This document shows, in pieces, positions 1 to 11,418 of a stretch of DNA of 64,000 nt; position 1 is the stretch's first letter, and each line of letters begins with the position of its first letter. The notes below the pieces were generated by a model. The model saw only the letters and a list, made by a program, of their open reading frames with translations, searched no databases and was not told where the DNA came from. A program made the position numbers and the translations under genes. The DNA comes from an uncultured Candidatus Rokubacteria bacterium (GTDB taxonomy: Bacteria; Methylomirabilota; Methylomirabilia; Rokubacteriales; CSP1-6), in contig CAVYTA010000001.1 in NCBI GenBank assembly GCA_963771355.1, forward strand, positions 96,001 through 160,000, in the 5' to 3' direction.

Positions 1-1010
<1,010 letters not shown>

Positions 1011-1014
<4 letters not shown>

Positions 1015-2519
1015 GCGCCCGGCCAGGGCCGAATCGCCGGTGGGAACTCCTCGTCGAGGCTGCGGCCGGCCCAATGATAGGCGGGGAAGCCCGCCCACAC
1101 CCGCTCCGCGGAGCGCCGCGCGGCCGACCGCACCTCGGTCTCGTCGCACACGAGGAGGCGCTTGTTCTCGAGCAGCACCCGCCCATCGCAGATCACCGTG
1201 TGCACCATGTCCGGCGAGCCCTGGTAGATGAGGGCGCGAATGGGATCCGTGAAGGGCCCGATGTGCAGGTTGTCCCAGTCCAGCATCACGATGTCGGCCT
1301 TGGCTCCAGGAGCGAGCCGCCCCAGGTCGTCCCGGCGGAGGGCGCGCGCTCCCCCGAGGTTGGACGCGTTGAAGACCGCCATCGCCGGCGCTGCCTCGTG
1401 GCTCTGCTCGAAGAGCTTGCAGGCGAGCGCCGCCGTCCGCATCTCGCTCAGGATGTCGAGTGGATAGACGTCGGTGCCCATCACCATGTTGACGCCGGCG
1501 GCGCGGTAGCGGTCGAAGCTCTCCAGCGTGATCCCGCGTCGGGCGAAGCCGGCCGGCGCGTGCACCACCGACGCGCCCGAGCTCGCGAGGATCTCGAGAT
1601 CGCCCCCATGCGGGTAGGCGGTGGCGCGGTGTCCGCTCAGGTAGACGGCATGCGCGAGGAGGACGTCGGGCCCGAGGATCCCTTCGTCGCGCAGCACCGC
1701 CGCCGGAGTCTTGCCGGTGTCCCGCACCGTGTCCAGGAATTCCATCACCTGCTCGCAGAAGTGCATGGTGAGCCCGACTCCCAGCCGGGTCGCCAGGACG
1801 CGGGCCTCGCGCAAGAGGCGCGGCGTGGCGTTGTAGAACTCGTCGACGGTGACCAGGCCGCGCACCCGGCCGTCGGCGGCGCCGTCGTAGCTCTCGATGA
1901 AGGCGGCGGTCGCCTCCAGCGCCCGGAGACCGGCGGCCTCGTCGATCACCCGGTGGAGGCGGCCGTCGCCGTCGAAGAAATAGCGGCCGCTCAGGGCCAC
2001 CGGCGCGTGATAGATCCGCACGCCGAAGGCGGTCGTCTCCTCCACCATGGTCGCTCCCGCATCCGGTCCGCCCGGCGCGAAGGGGATCACGGTGGTGATA
2101 CCGTGGCGGACCAGCGAGGCGAGCCCGAACCGCAGGGAGGCCCGCCCGTCGGCGTCCCGCATGAACGACGTGCCGCCGTCGCCGCGCGTGGGCAGATAGT
2201 TGAGAAAGCCCGACCGGAAGAAGTCGCGTCGGCCGCCATCGATCAAGAGCCGGCCGCCCTCCTGCGCGGAGACGTGCGCATGCCCGCTGATCTGCCCCGG
2301 GATCACCAGCTTGCCCCGCGCATCGATGGTCTGCGCCCGCGGCCCGGCATAGGCACTGCCCACGTGCACGATGCGATCGGCGGCATAGACGACGACGCCG
2401 TCCCGGATGAGGCGATGCTCGGTCCCGTCGAAAGCGACGACCAGGCCGCCCTCGATGCACGTGCGGGGCGCCGTCGAGGTCCCCGTGACCGTCCCCGTGG
2501 TGGTCCCCGTCGAGGTCAT
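1011..2519 (-). CDS. Amidohydrolase (chlorohydrolase/deaminase-like)
   Basis: PGQISGHAH, LLAHAVY, GTD, GRLAPGAKADIV; inside the transporter operon. Confidence 0.85.
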
Positions 2520-3349
2520 GCGTGGATGGCTCCGCCGCGGAGGCGCTCGCTGCGGCGACGCAGGAGCTCGACCACCGCCATGAGGATGAGGGAGACGGCG
2601 ATCAGCACGACGGCGGCGGCGACTACGGTGGGGCTCATGGTCTCGCTGACGCCGCTGAAGATCTGCCGGGGCAAGGTCCGCTGCTCGGGACTGCCCACGA
2701 AGAGGATGACGAGGAGCTCGTCGAACGAGGTCACGAAGGCGAAGACCGCTCCGGACAGGACGCCGGGGAGGATCAGCGGCAGCGTGACCATCCGGAAGGT
2801 CTGGAGCGGCGAGGCGCCGAGGCTGGCCGCCGCTCGCGGCAGGTTTTGATCGAAGCCCTGCAGGGTGGCCGCGATGGTGATGACGACGAAGGGAAGCGCC
2901 AGCACGGTATGCGCGAGCACCAGCCCTCCGAACGTGCCCACCAGACCGAGCCGCGCATAGTAGTAGAACAGCGCCACCGCGACCATGACCGGCGGGATGA
3001 TGAGGGGCAGGGCGAGCAATCCGAAGAGCACGGGCTTGAGCCGGCTGCGCAGCCCCTGCAGCCCGAAGGCGGCCAGCAGTCCGACCGTGGTCGCCACCAC
3101 CGTCGTCACCACCGCCAGCACGAGACTGTTCCAGGTGGACTGCGTCCAGAGAGGGCCCGTCGTGAATTCGCGGTACCAGCGCAGGGACCAGGCCGGCAGC
3201 GGGTAGACGAGCAGCTCCCCCGAGGTGAAGGACAGCGGCAGGATGACCAGGATGGGCAGGATCAGGTAGCCCATCACGAGCAGGGTGAGCGCGCGGATGC
3301 CGACGTGGGAGAGCCGCTCCAGCCAGGTGGCGTGCGGGGGCAGGGCCAT
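2516..3349 (-). CDS. PotC-like ABC permease
   Basis: EAA-like AAASLGASP, SFDEL, TLPRQIF; multiple TM helices. Confidence 0.93.
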   Translation of the reverse strand: MALPPHATWLERLSHVGIRALTLLVMGYLILPILVILPLSFTSGELLVYPLPAWSLRWYREFTTGPLWTQSTWNSLVLAVVTTVVATTVGLLAAFGLQGLRSRLKPVLFGLLALPLIIPPVMVAVALFYYYARLGLVGTFGGLVLAHTVLALPFVVITIAATLQGFDQNLPRAAASLGASPLQTFRMVTLPLILPGVLSGAVFAFVTSFDELLVILFVGSPEQRTLPRQIFSGVSETMSPTVVAAAVVLIAVSLILMAVVELLRRRSERLRGGAIHA

Positions 3350-3350
3350 G

Positions 3351-4568
3351 TCAGCGCACCGCGAGACGGTCCAGGCCGACGATGCGCCCGAGCACGAGGT
3401 AGATCAGGGAGACCACGATGAGCAGAATGGTGCCCAGGGCGGAGGCCATGCCCCAGTTCACCGCGATATTGGTGAAGTAGGCGATGAAATACCCGATCAT
3501 CTGGTCGCCCGGCCCGCCCACCAGGGCCGGCGTGACGTAGTAGCCGAGCGCGAGGACGAAGACGAGGCTGGCCCCCGCGGCGATGCCGGGAAGCGCCTGC
3601 GGGACATAGACTCGCAGGAAGGCCGTCCAGGGCGGCGCCCCCAGCGACGAGGCCGCGCGCATCAGCTCGGGCGGGATGCCCTTCAGCACGCTGTAGAGCG
3701 GCAGCACCATGAAGGGCAGCAGCACGTGCACCATGGCGATGTACAGGCCGAGCCGGTTGAAGATCAGGGGCATCGGCCTGTCGATCACGCCGAGCCCGAC
3801 GAGCGCCTGGTTCACCACGCCCTGGTTCTGGAGCAGGATGACCCACGCGGTGCTCCGCACGAGGAGCGAGGTCCAGAAGGGAATGAGGACGAGGATGAGG
3901 AGTGCGTTGGCGCGCGCCGGCGACGAGCCGGCCATGGTGGCCGCGACCGGGAAGCCCAGCAAGACACACAGGAGGGTGACCACCACGCTGATCGACAGCG
4001 TCCGGCCCAGCAGGCCGAGGAAAATGGCGGAGTCGCCGGGGACCCGCTCCAGGTCCCCGCTGGTGCCGTGCCGCAGGTCGAGCGCGGTGAGGAGGTAGAA
4101 CGGCGTGAGCACGTGCCGCTCGCGCCGGATGGTTTGCCAGTAGATGGATTCGCCCCAGCGGGCGTCGATGGAAACGAGCTGCTCGCGCATGCTTCCCGGG
4201 CGCTGGAGATCCACGCGATTGCCGGTGCCGGTGATCAGGCCCCGGAAGCCCGGCAGGTTGTGATTGAGCCGGCGGCCGAGGAGAGGCAGCGCGGTGCTGC
4301 CGGATAGGGCGACGAGGTCCTCGGCCACCGCGCGGTAGGCGGCTTCGTCGGGGAGGCCGCTCCCGTTCCAGTGCGCGAGGGTGGCCACGGTACGCGGCAG
4401 CCACCCCGGCACGTCCGAGTTGTCCACGCTCCGGAAGAGGAAGAAGCCGAGGGGCGCGACGAAGAACAGCGCGAGGAAGACGATGGACGGCGCCACCAGG
4501 GCGAGCATGACGACCTGATGGCGCCGTTGCGCGCGGCGGACCCGCGCGGGGAGGTCCGTCGTCCTCAC
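3351..4568 (-). CDS. PotB-like ABC permease
   Basis: PFWTSLLVR, LPFMVLPLY, AASSLGA, GYYVTPALVGG. Confidence 0.93.
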   Translation of the reverse strand: MRTTDLPARVRRAQRRHQVVMLALVAPSIVFLALFFVAPLGFFLFRSVDNSDVPGWLPRTVATLAHWNGSGLPDEAAYRAVAEDLVALSGSTALPLLGRRLNHNLPGFRGLITGTGNRVDLQRPGSMREQLVSIDARWGESIYWQTIRRERHVLTPFYLLTALDLRHGTSGDLERVPGDSAIFLGLLGRTLSISVVVTLLCVLLGFPVAATMAGSSPARANALLILVLIPFWTSLLVRSTAWVILLQNQGVVNQALVGLGVIDRPMPLIFNRLGLYIAMVHVLLPFMVLPLYSVLKGIPPELMRAASSLGAPPWTAFLRVYVPQALPGIAAGASLVFVLALGYYVTPALVGGPGDQMIGYFIAYFTNIAVNWGMASALGTILLIVVSLIYLVLGRIVGLDRLAVR

Positions 4569-5635
4569 TGAGCCGCGAACTTCACGAATCTCTGGAGCAG
4601 CGAGTCGCCGTTGGCCAGCCAGAATCCCAGGTACAGCTTCCCGAGCTGGAGCGAGGCCTTGTCCATGTGCTGGCCGGGCAGGGTGGCCTTTTCCGCGTCG
4701 GTGAGCAGCGCGTAGGCATCGCGGTTCGCCGGCCCGTAGCTGATCACGCGCACGAAGTCGGCCTGCTGCGGCGCCCCCACCGCGTACTGGATGAACTTGA
4801 TGGCCAGGTCCTTGTTCTTCGAGCCCTTCATGATGGCCCAGTACTGGCAGCCCGACACGTGGCCGGCGCCGAGCTCCATCTTGAGATTGAGGTTGTTCGT
4901 CTTGTTGGCGGACGCCACCCGGCCATTCCAGGCGTACGCCATCGCCACCTCACCCGACGCGAGAAGGGTGATGGACTCGGCTCCGTTCTTCCACCAGTGG
5001 ATGTGCGGCTTGAGCTCGTCCAGCTTCTTGAGCGCCCGCTCCACGCCGCCCGGCGCGGCCAGCACCTCCATCACCTTGGCCGGCGGCACGCCGTCCGCCA
5101 TGAGGGCGATCTCGAAGGTCTGCTCGGCCCGGTAGAGCAGACCGCGCTTCCCCGGCCACTTCGTCACGTTCCAGAAATCGGCCCAGGTCTTCGGTCCATC
5201 CTTGATCCGGTTGCCGTCGTACGCCAGTCCTCCGGACACGAAGAGGTAGGGCACGCCGCACTCGCTGATGCCGCCCACCTCGCGGAAGAGCCTCGGGTCG
5301 AGGTGCTTCGACCAATCCACCTTCTCGAGCAGGCCTTCCTCACAGCCCGTCGCCACGTTGATGGCGGTGGTGGTGACGATGTCCCAGATCAGGTTGCCGG
5401 TCTCGACCTGGGAGCGGATCTTGGCCAGCTCCTGGTTGAACGATTCTTCCTGGATCTGGATCTTGTTCGCATTGGCGAATGGCCCATAGAACACTTTCCG
5501 CTCCGCGTCGGCGCTGGAGCCTCCCGCGTTGCCGACGGTGAACTTGGCCTGGGCGCCGGCGTCAGGCGGGGCGATCCCACCCACTAAGGTCAGCGTGGCG
5601 GCGAGGGCGATCCAGAAACGCGATGTGCTCAGCAT
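4565..5635 (-). CDS. PotD-like ABC substrate-binding protein
   Basis: Signal peptide MLSTSRFWIALAA; WADFWN..KWPGKRGL, AWNGR. Confidence 0.9.
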   Translation of the reverse strand: MLSTSRFWIALAATLTLVGGIAPPDAGAQAKFTVGNAGGSSADAERKVFYGPFANANKIQIQEESFNQELAKIRSQVETGNLIWDIVTTTAINVATGCEEGLLEKVDWSKHLDPRLFREVGGISECGVPYLFVSGGLAYDGNRIKDGPKTWADFWNVTKWPGKRGLLYRAEQTFEIALMADGVPPAKVMEVLAAPGGVERALKKLDELKPHIHWWKNGAESITLLASGEVAMAYAWNGRVASANKTNNLNLKMELGAGHVSGCQYWAIMKGSKNKDLAIKFIQYAVGAPQQADFVRVISYGPANRDAYALLTDAEKATLPGQHMDKASLQLGKLYLGFWLANGDSLLQRFVKFAAQ

Positions 5636-5793
5636 GGGATCCTCCGGACCAGCGGGCAAGTGAAGTAGAGCGCTCGGCTCGGGCGACGGCACCGTGGCCC
5701 CCGACGCAGGTGACCAATGGCGCAAGCCTCGTCGAACTCCTCGGCGATGTCAATACGCCGGGGGGCCCGCCGACTGCGCTAGAATCCTGCCCC

Positions 5794-7218
5794 ATGAGCC
5801 CCGCCCCGCCGTCCTCCGCCCGCCGATCCGTCGACGCCATCGTGCTCGGCCGCGTGGTCACGCTGAACCGGGCCCGTGACGTTCTGCTCGATGGCGCGGT
5901 CGCCATCGCGGGCGGGGACATCGTGGCGGTGGGCCCGCGAGAGGAGGTTCTCCGCTCGAATCAGGCGCGTCAGACGATCGGGGGGCCTCGCGCCATCGTC
6001 CTTCCCGGCATGATCGACACCCACACGCATTGCACGCAGTGTTTCGTCCGTGCCCTCACCGCCAACGAGCTGCCGATGATCCCTCGGGTGTACGTCCCCG
6101 CTCAGCGCTCGCTGTCGCCGGCGCAGGCGCATGCGACGGTCCGGCTCATCGCCGCCCAGCTCATCCGCGCGGGCGTCACCACGCTGTGCGACGGGACGGT
6201 GATCGGGGCGCACGAGGAGGCCACCCTCGCGGCCCTCGAAGAGGTCGGGATCCGCGCGTGCGTGGCCCGCGGCGCCCCCGACCAGGACTTCACGCACGCC
6301 GCGCTCTACAGCCAGCTCTCCGAGCGGTCCTCGGTCACGCCGCGGCCGGGCGAGGCGGAGGCGGAGCTCACGCGGACGGCGGCCTTCCTCGCGCGCTACC
6401 CGGCCCGTGGCGCCGGGCTGATCCGAGGCGCGGTCAACGTCTCGGCCCTGCCGAGCTTCTCGGAGACCTACTTCCGTCTCGCCGCTGCGCTGGCGCGAGA
6501 GCGCGACGCCACCCTCCAGGTGCACGTGGCGCGCGACCGCGAGGAGGTGGAGTTCGCGCTCTCGGTGTGGGGGCGCCGGCCCATCGAACGCCTGGCCGAC
6601 ATGGGTGTCATCGATCGCCATCTGGTTGCCGTGCACGCCGTGCTCGCGAGCGGGCCCGAGATCGACCTGCTCGCGAAGGGCGGCGCCGCGCTGACCCACT
6701 CCCCCATGGAGTGCGTCTACAACCTGAATGCCATCCCCGACGTGCAGCGGTTCCGGAACGCGGGGATCCCCGTCGGCCTCGGCTGCGACAATCAGGGCAA
6801 TGACATGCTGGCGACCATGCGGGCGACGCTCCTCATCCAGGGGGCGGTGTGGGGCATCCCGCGCTATGAGCCCGACTATCTGACCGCGGACGACGTGCTG
6901 GAGATGTCCACCATCGAAGCTGCGCGCGTCCTGCGCTGGGACGATCGGATCGGATCGCTCGAGGCGGGCAAGGCCGCCGACGTCACCGTGCTCGATGGCG
7001 ACGCGCCGCACCTCGTGCCCACTCAGGACCTCGTGACCGAGATCGTGCGCTTCGCCACCCGCGCCGAGGTGACCCACGTGATGGTGAACGGCCGACTGCT
7101 CCTCGACCAGGGCCGGCACACGACGATCGATCTGGAGAAGCTGCGCGGGGAGGCGGAGGCCGGGGCGGCCCATGTCCACGCGATGGTAGCGGGGAGGCGC
7201 TACCGACCCCTCCGCTAG
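5794..7218 (+). CDS. Amidohydrolase (MTA/SAH deaminase-like superfamily)
   Basis: PGMIDTHTH, QVHVA, AVHAV, GCDN, GSLEAGKAAD; divergent from the ABC operon. Confidence 0.87.
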   Translation: MSPAPPSSARRSVDAIVLGRVVTLNRARDVLLDGAVAIAGGDIVAVGPREEVLRSNQARQTIGGPRAIVLPGMIDTHTHCTQCFVRALTANELPMIPRVYVPAQRSLSPAQAHATVRLIAAQLIRAGVTTLCDGTVIGAHEEATLAALEEVGIRACVARGAPDQDFTHAALYSQLSERSSVTPRPGEAEAELTRTAAFLARYPARGAGLIRGAVNVSALPSFSETYFRLAAALARERDATLQVHVARDREEVEFALSVWGRRPIERLADMGVIDRHLVAVHAVLASGPEIDLLAKGGAALTHSPMECVYNLNAIPDVQRFRNAGIPVGLGCDNQGNDMLATMRATLLIQGAVWGIPRYEPDYLTADDVLEMSTIEAARVLRWDDRIGSLEAGKAADVTVLDGDAPHLVPTQDLVTEIVRFATRAEVTHVMVNGRLLLDQGRHTTIDLEKLRGEAEAGAAHVHAMVAGRRYRPLR

Positions 7219-7343
7219 CACTTGCCTGTCCTCGGTCGCCCCGCGCCGCTATACGTCCTTCGTCCAATATCCCGCCCGGGATCGTCGCGCCTAAAGTGAG
7301 GACACTCTCGCCCGTGCTTTCAACCGAGAGTCAGGAGACCCAC

Positions 7344-7970
7344 ATGACGACGGTGAATCTTCGAGGCGGATGGCGGTGGCTCGCGATTGTGGGGATGGTG
7401 CTCGGCACCGTCTCGGGCGCGCAGGCCGGCCCGGTCACGGACCAGCTCAGGGATGATCTGGCCCGGGTGTTCCGGGTCATCGAGGAGACCAGCGTCGAGC
7501 GCGCCGGCGCGAACGGCATCGACGTGGGAAAGCGCCGCGAAGCGATCCGGAGGGTCGCCGCCCCCGTCTTCGACTGGCGCGAGATGACCAGCCGCACCCT
7601 CGGGCAGCACTGGCAGGCGCGCAGCGAGGCGGAGCGGACGGAGTTCGTGCAGATCTTCAGCGACCTCGTCAATCGCGCGTACATCACCCAGCTCGAGCGC
7701 TACAGCGGCGAGGCCATCCGCTACATCAGTGAGCGGATCGAGGGGGACCTGGGAGGGGTGAGCACCCGGTTCGTGACCAAGCAGGGCCGGGAGATCCCGG
7801 TCGACTACCGGGTCATCAGCCGCGACGGACGCTGGCGCATCTACGACGTGGTCGTGCAGGGCGTGAGCCTCGTGAGCAACTACCGCTCCCAGTTCGACAA
7901 GGTGATCCGGAGCTCGTCCTATCCCGAGCTGGTCAAGCGGATCAGGGACATGGACGTCGCCGCCCGCTAG
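7344..7970 (+). CDS. MlaC/Ttg2D family phospholipid-binding protein
   Basis: FDWREM..TLGQHW, VDYR, WRIYDVVVQGVSLVSNYRSQF; RBS aggag. Confidence 0.9.
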   Translation: MTTVNLRGGWRWLAIVGMVLGTVSGAQAGPVTDQLRDDLARVFRVIEETSVERAGANGIDVGKRREAIRRVAAPVFDWREMTSRTLGQHWQARSEAERTEFVQIFSDLVNRAYITQLERYSGEAIRYISERIEGDLGGVSTRFVTKQGREIPVDYRVISRDGRWRIYDVVVQGVSLVSNYRSQFDKVIRSSSYPELVKRIRDMDVAAR

Positions 7971-8027
7971 TCCCTCGAGACCTCGGACGGGCACCCCTCA
8001 CAGCGCGCGGGCCCGAGATGGACTATC

Positions 8028-9584
8028 ATGGGCCCGATGAGGCAGGTGGCCCGCCTGCTCGCCCTTCTCGCCCTGTCCGTGGCGGGGCTCGTCTCCGCCG
8101 CGCCGCCCGCGCGCGCGACCGACCCGCCGCCCGTCGGGCAGATCACCTACGCCGTCCACTTCACGCTGGCCCCGCGCTGGCTCGACCCCGGCGAGAACGA
8201 GGGCACGATCACGCCCTACATGATCTTCTACGCCGTCCACGACGCTCTCGTGAAGCCGATGCCCGCCGGCCCGACCACCGGGAGCCTCGCCGAGTCGTGG
8301 ACCGTCTCCCCGGACGGGCTGGTGATCGAGTTCCTGCTGCGGAACGGCGTTCGCTTCCACAATGGCGACCCGCTCACCGCGGAGGACGTGAAGTTCTCCT
8401 TCGAGCGCTACAAGGGCGCCTTCGGCGACCTCCTCAAGGACCGGGTGAAGGAGGTGCGGGTGGTGGACGCGCGTCGCGTCCAGTTCCGCCTCAAGGAGCC
8501 CTGGCCCGATTTCCTCACGTTCTACGGCACCACCGCCACCAGCGCGGGATGGATCGTGCCGAAGAAGTACGTCGAGAAGGTGGGCGAGGAGGGCTTCAAG
8601 AAGGCCCCGATCGGAGCGGGGCCCTACCGGGTGATCAACGTGGTGCCGGGCATCGAGATGACGCTGGAGGCGTTCGAAGGCTACTGGCGGAAAGTGCCGC
8701 GCGTGAAGCGGCTGGTGCTCCGCAGCCTCCCCGACGAGACCACGCGCGGCGCCGCGCTGAAGCGGGGCGATGTGGACATCGCCTATTTCCTCAACGGGCC
8801 CATCGCCGAGGAAGTGCGGCGCACGCCGGGGCTCAAGCTGATGGCGGTCCGGAGCAATGCCATTTTCTTCCTCGACTTTCGCGACCAGTGGGAGGCGGGC
8901 TCGCCCTGGCGCGATCCGCGGGTGCGGCGCGCGGCCAGCCTGGCGGTGGATCGACCCACCCTCAATGCCGCCGAGCAGCTCGGCTATGCGGGCCTCACCG
9001 GCAATATCGTGCCGAGGTCGATGGAGTTCGCCCTACCCATCGACCCGGATCCCTACGATCCGGCGCGGGCGCGGCGGCTCCTCGCCGAGGCGGGCCACCC
9101 GCGCGGGTTCGACGGCGGCGAGTTCACCATCGCGCCGCCTTATGAGGGCGCGGGCGAGGCCATCGCGAGCAACCTGGCCGCGGTGGGCATCCGGATGAAG
9201 ATCCGCACCATGGAGCGCGCGGCCTTCTTCTCCGCCTGGCGCGAGGGCAAGCTCAAGGGGGTGGTCTTCGGCGGCCTGGGTCCGGCCGGCAACGCCGCCT
9301 CGCGGCTGCAGATCCTGGCCATCAAGGGCGCGCCCTATGCGGCCGGCGTGCTGCCGGAAGTGCAGGACCTCTACGAGCAGCAGGCGCGCGAGCTCGACCG
9401 GCGCAAGCGCGAAGAGATCCTGCACCAGATCCAGCGGCTGCTCCACGAGCGGGCCGTCTACGCGCCGATCTGGGAGAACGGATTCATCCGCGGCGTGGGG
9501 CCGCGGGTGGACGAGCCGGCGCTCGCCCTCATCCCCTACTTCCCATACTCGGCCCCCTACGAGGAGCTGCGGCTCAAGCCATGA
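8028..9584 (+). CDS. Family 5 (peptide/nickel) ABC substrate-binding protein, orphan
   Basis: SLAESW, FHNGDPLTAEDVKFSFER, PIGAGPY; no permeases adjacent. Confidence 0.92.
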   Translation: MGPMRQVARLLALLALSVAGLVSAAPPARATDPPPVGQITYAVHFTLAPRWLDPGENEGTITPYMIFYAVHDALVKPMPAGPTTGSLAESWTVSPDGLVIEFLLRNGVRFHNGDPLTAEDVKFSFERYKGAFGDLLKDRVKEVRVVDARRVQFRLKEPWPDFLTFYGTTATSAGWIVPKKYVEKVGEEGFKKAPIGAGPYRVINVVPGIEMTLEAFEGYWRKVPRVKRLVLRSLPDETTRGAALKRGDVDIAYFLNGPIAEEVRRTPGLKLMAVRSNAIFFLDFRDQWEAGSPWRDPRVRRAASLAVDRPTLNAAEQLGYAGLTGNIVPRSMEFALPIDPDPYDPARARRLLAEAGHPRGFDGGEFTIAPPYEGAGEAIASNLAAVGIRMKIRTMERAAFFSAWREGKLKGVVFGGLGPAGNAASRLQILAIKGAPYAAGVLPEVQDLYEQQARELDRRKREEILHQIQRLLHERAVYAPIWENGFIRGVGPRVDEPALALIPYFPYSAPYEELRLKP

Positions 9585-10723
9585 ACTATCAGCGAATCTC
9601 CGCCGACTGCCACATCGACATGCCGTGGATGCCCCCCGAGCTCTTCACTGCCAATGCCTCGGCCGCGCTGCGCGACCGCATGCCGTACGTCACCGACGGG
9701 CCGGACGGCCCGCGCTGGACGTCGAGGAACGGGGCGGCCTTCGGGCTGGCCGGCGGGGTGGGGCCCTCGGGACAGAAGTACGTCCCCGGCATGCACTATC
9801 GGGCGGACGTGATGGCCTCCACCGGCCTCTACGAGGACGGCAAGAAGGGCATCCGCCGGCCCACGGACCCGGACCTCCGTATCCAGGACATGGAGCGCGA
9901 CGGGGTGCAGGCGGAGGTGATCTTCGGCATCCTGGGGGCGGCCACGCGGCTGGACGACCACGAGGCGGCCGCGGAGATGTTCCGTATCTACAACGACTGG
10001 CTGCTGGACTTCTGCCGCCACTATCCGGATCGCCACATCGGCCTGGCCTGCCTGCCCTATGGCGACATCGGCGCGGCGGTGCGTGAGATCCACCGCGTGG
10101 CCCGGATGGGCCTGCGCGGGCTCGAGCTTTCTTGCTCCTGGGACATGGAGCCCATGTGGCACCCCACCTGGGAGCCGCTCTGGCAGGCGGTGAGCGAGGT
10201 GGGCCTGCCGCTGCACTTCCACACCTTCCCCACCATGCCGCCCGGCGTCCGCGAGAAGGCCACCGGCCTCACCAAGCGCGCCGCCCTCTTCACCAGCGTC
10301 TCGGGCTTCCAGATGAACCTCATCAATATCCTGGCCGCCGTGATCGGGAGCGCGGTGCTCGAGCGCTACCCGCGCCTACGGATCTCCTTCGGCGAGAGCG
10401 GCATCGGCTGGCTGCCCTATGCGCTGGATCGCATGGACTTCGAGTGGGAGGACCGCTTCCGCGACCTCGGTCTGACCATGAGGCCCAGCGATTACTGGAG
10501 GCGGCAGTGCAAGGCCACCTTCCAGTTCGACCGGATCGGCACCCAGCTGGTGCACGAGATCGGCGAGGACACGCTCATGTGGGGCTCGGACTATCCTCAC
10601 GGCGACGGCGTGTGGCCGGAGTCCTCGAAGTACATCGAGGAGCAGTTCGGGCACCTGCCGCCGGCCACCGTGCGGAAGATCGTCTGCGAGAACGCGGGGA
10701 AGTTCTACGGGCTGATTCCATAG
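9581..10723 (+). CDS. Amidohydrolase_2 family protein
   Basis: ISADCH, LHFH, ESGIGWLP, WGSDYPHGDG. Confidence 0.9.
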   Translation: MNYQRISADCHIDMPWMPPELFTANASAALRDRMPYVTDGPDGPRWTSRNGAAFGLAGGVGPSGQKYVPGMHYRADVMASTGLYEDGKKGIRRPTDPDLRIQDMERDGVQAEVIFGILGAATRLDDHEAAAEMFRIYNDWLLDFCRHYPDRHIGLACLPYGDIGAAVREIHRVARMGLRGLELSCSWDMEPMWHPTWEPLWQAVSEVGLPLHFHTFPTMPPGVREKATGLTKRAALFTSVSGFQMNLINILAAVIGSAVLERYPRLRISFGESGIGWLPYALDRMDFEWEDRFRDLGLTMRPSDYWRRQCKATFQFDRIGTQLVHEIGEDTLMWGSDYPHGDGVWPESSKYIEEQFGHLPPATVRKIVCENAGKFYGLIP

Positions 10724-10734
10724 CCGGGAGAGTC

Positions 10735-10878
10735 ATGCGCACGATCGTGATGTCCCTTGCCGTCCTCTCGCTGTGCACCCTGGCCTTCGCCGGATGCATG
10801 ACCATGTCCGACGAGGAGCGCTGCAAGAAGGAAGGCGGCGTCTGGAACAACAGGATGTGCGAGCGGCAGGCGAGGTAA
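10735..10878 (+). CDS. Small putative lipoprotein (47 aa)
   Basis: RBS ggag; MRTIVMSLAVLSLCTLAFAGC lipobox; CKKEGGVWNNRMC. Confidence 0.65.
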   Translation: MRTIVMSLAVLSLCTLAFAGCMTMSDEERCKKEGGVWNNRMCERQAR

Positions 10879-10922
10879 CGACATCGCGCGGGGTGACGCT
10901 GCGTCGCGCGAGGGTCGCGCCG

Positions 10923-11360
10923 CTAGCGGGGCGGAGGCGGCGGCGGGGCCGGCGGATTCGGGATCCACACCCACTGGTAGGCGGTGTGGACGCCATCCCC
11001 GCGGAGCTCGTACCGCCCGTGCTGATACCGCACGACCTGCGGAGCAGCGGGCGCGGCATTCGCCCGGCCCGAGTAGACCGGCGACGGGGAGTAGGCCGGC
11101 GCGGGCGCGTAATAAGGCGGCGGGGACGAGTAGTAGACGGGCGCGGGCGCGTAGACGGGCGCCGGGGCGACGACGACCGCGGGCCGAGGAACGGTGTGGG
11201 CTAGCACTTCTCCCGCGATGATCAGCGGGGCAAAGAGGGCGAACGCGGCCAGGCCGATCACGCCCGCCCCGTGTCCGTGGCGGCCTCCGGCCTGAGCTGC
11301 GGGCGCGGCGATCGCGACGAGGACGGTAGCAACGAGCAGAGCCGCGACGATTCGCCTCAT
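10923..11360 (-). CDS. Secreted proline-rich hypothetical protein
   Basis: RBS ggagg; signal peptide MRRIVAALLVA; APAPVY repeats; GRYELRGDG..YQWVWIPNPP. Confidence 0.75.
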   Translation of the reverse strand: MRRIVAALLVATVLVAIAAPAAQAGGRHGHGAGVIGLAAFALFAPLIIAGEVLAHTVPRPAVVVAPAPVYAPAPVYYSSPPPYYAPAPAYSPSPVYSGRANAAPAAPQVVRYQHGRYELRGDGVHTAYQWVWIPNPPAPPPPPPR

Positions 11361-11418
11361 GGTGACCCTCCCACGGGATGCGAACTGGCCTTCATCTACC
11401 CATCGCGACGGAGGCCTG

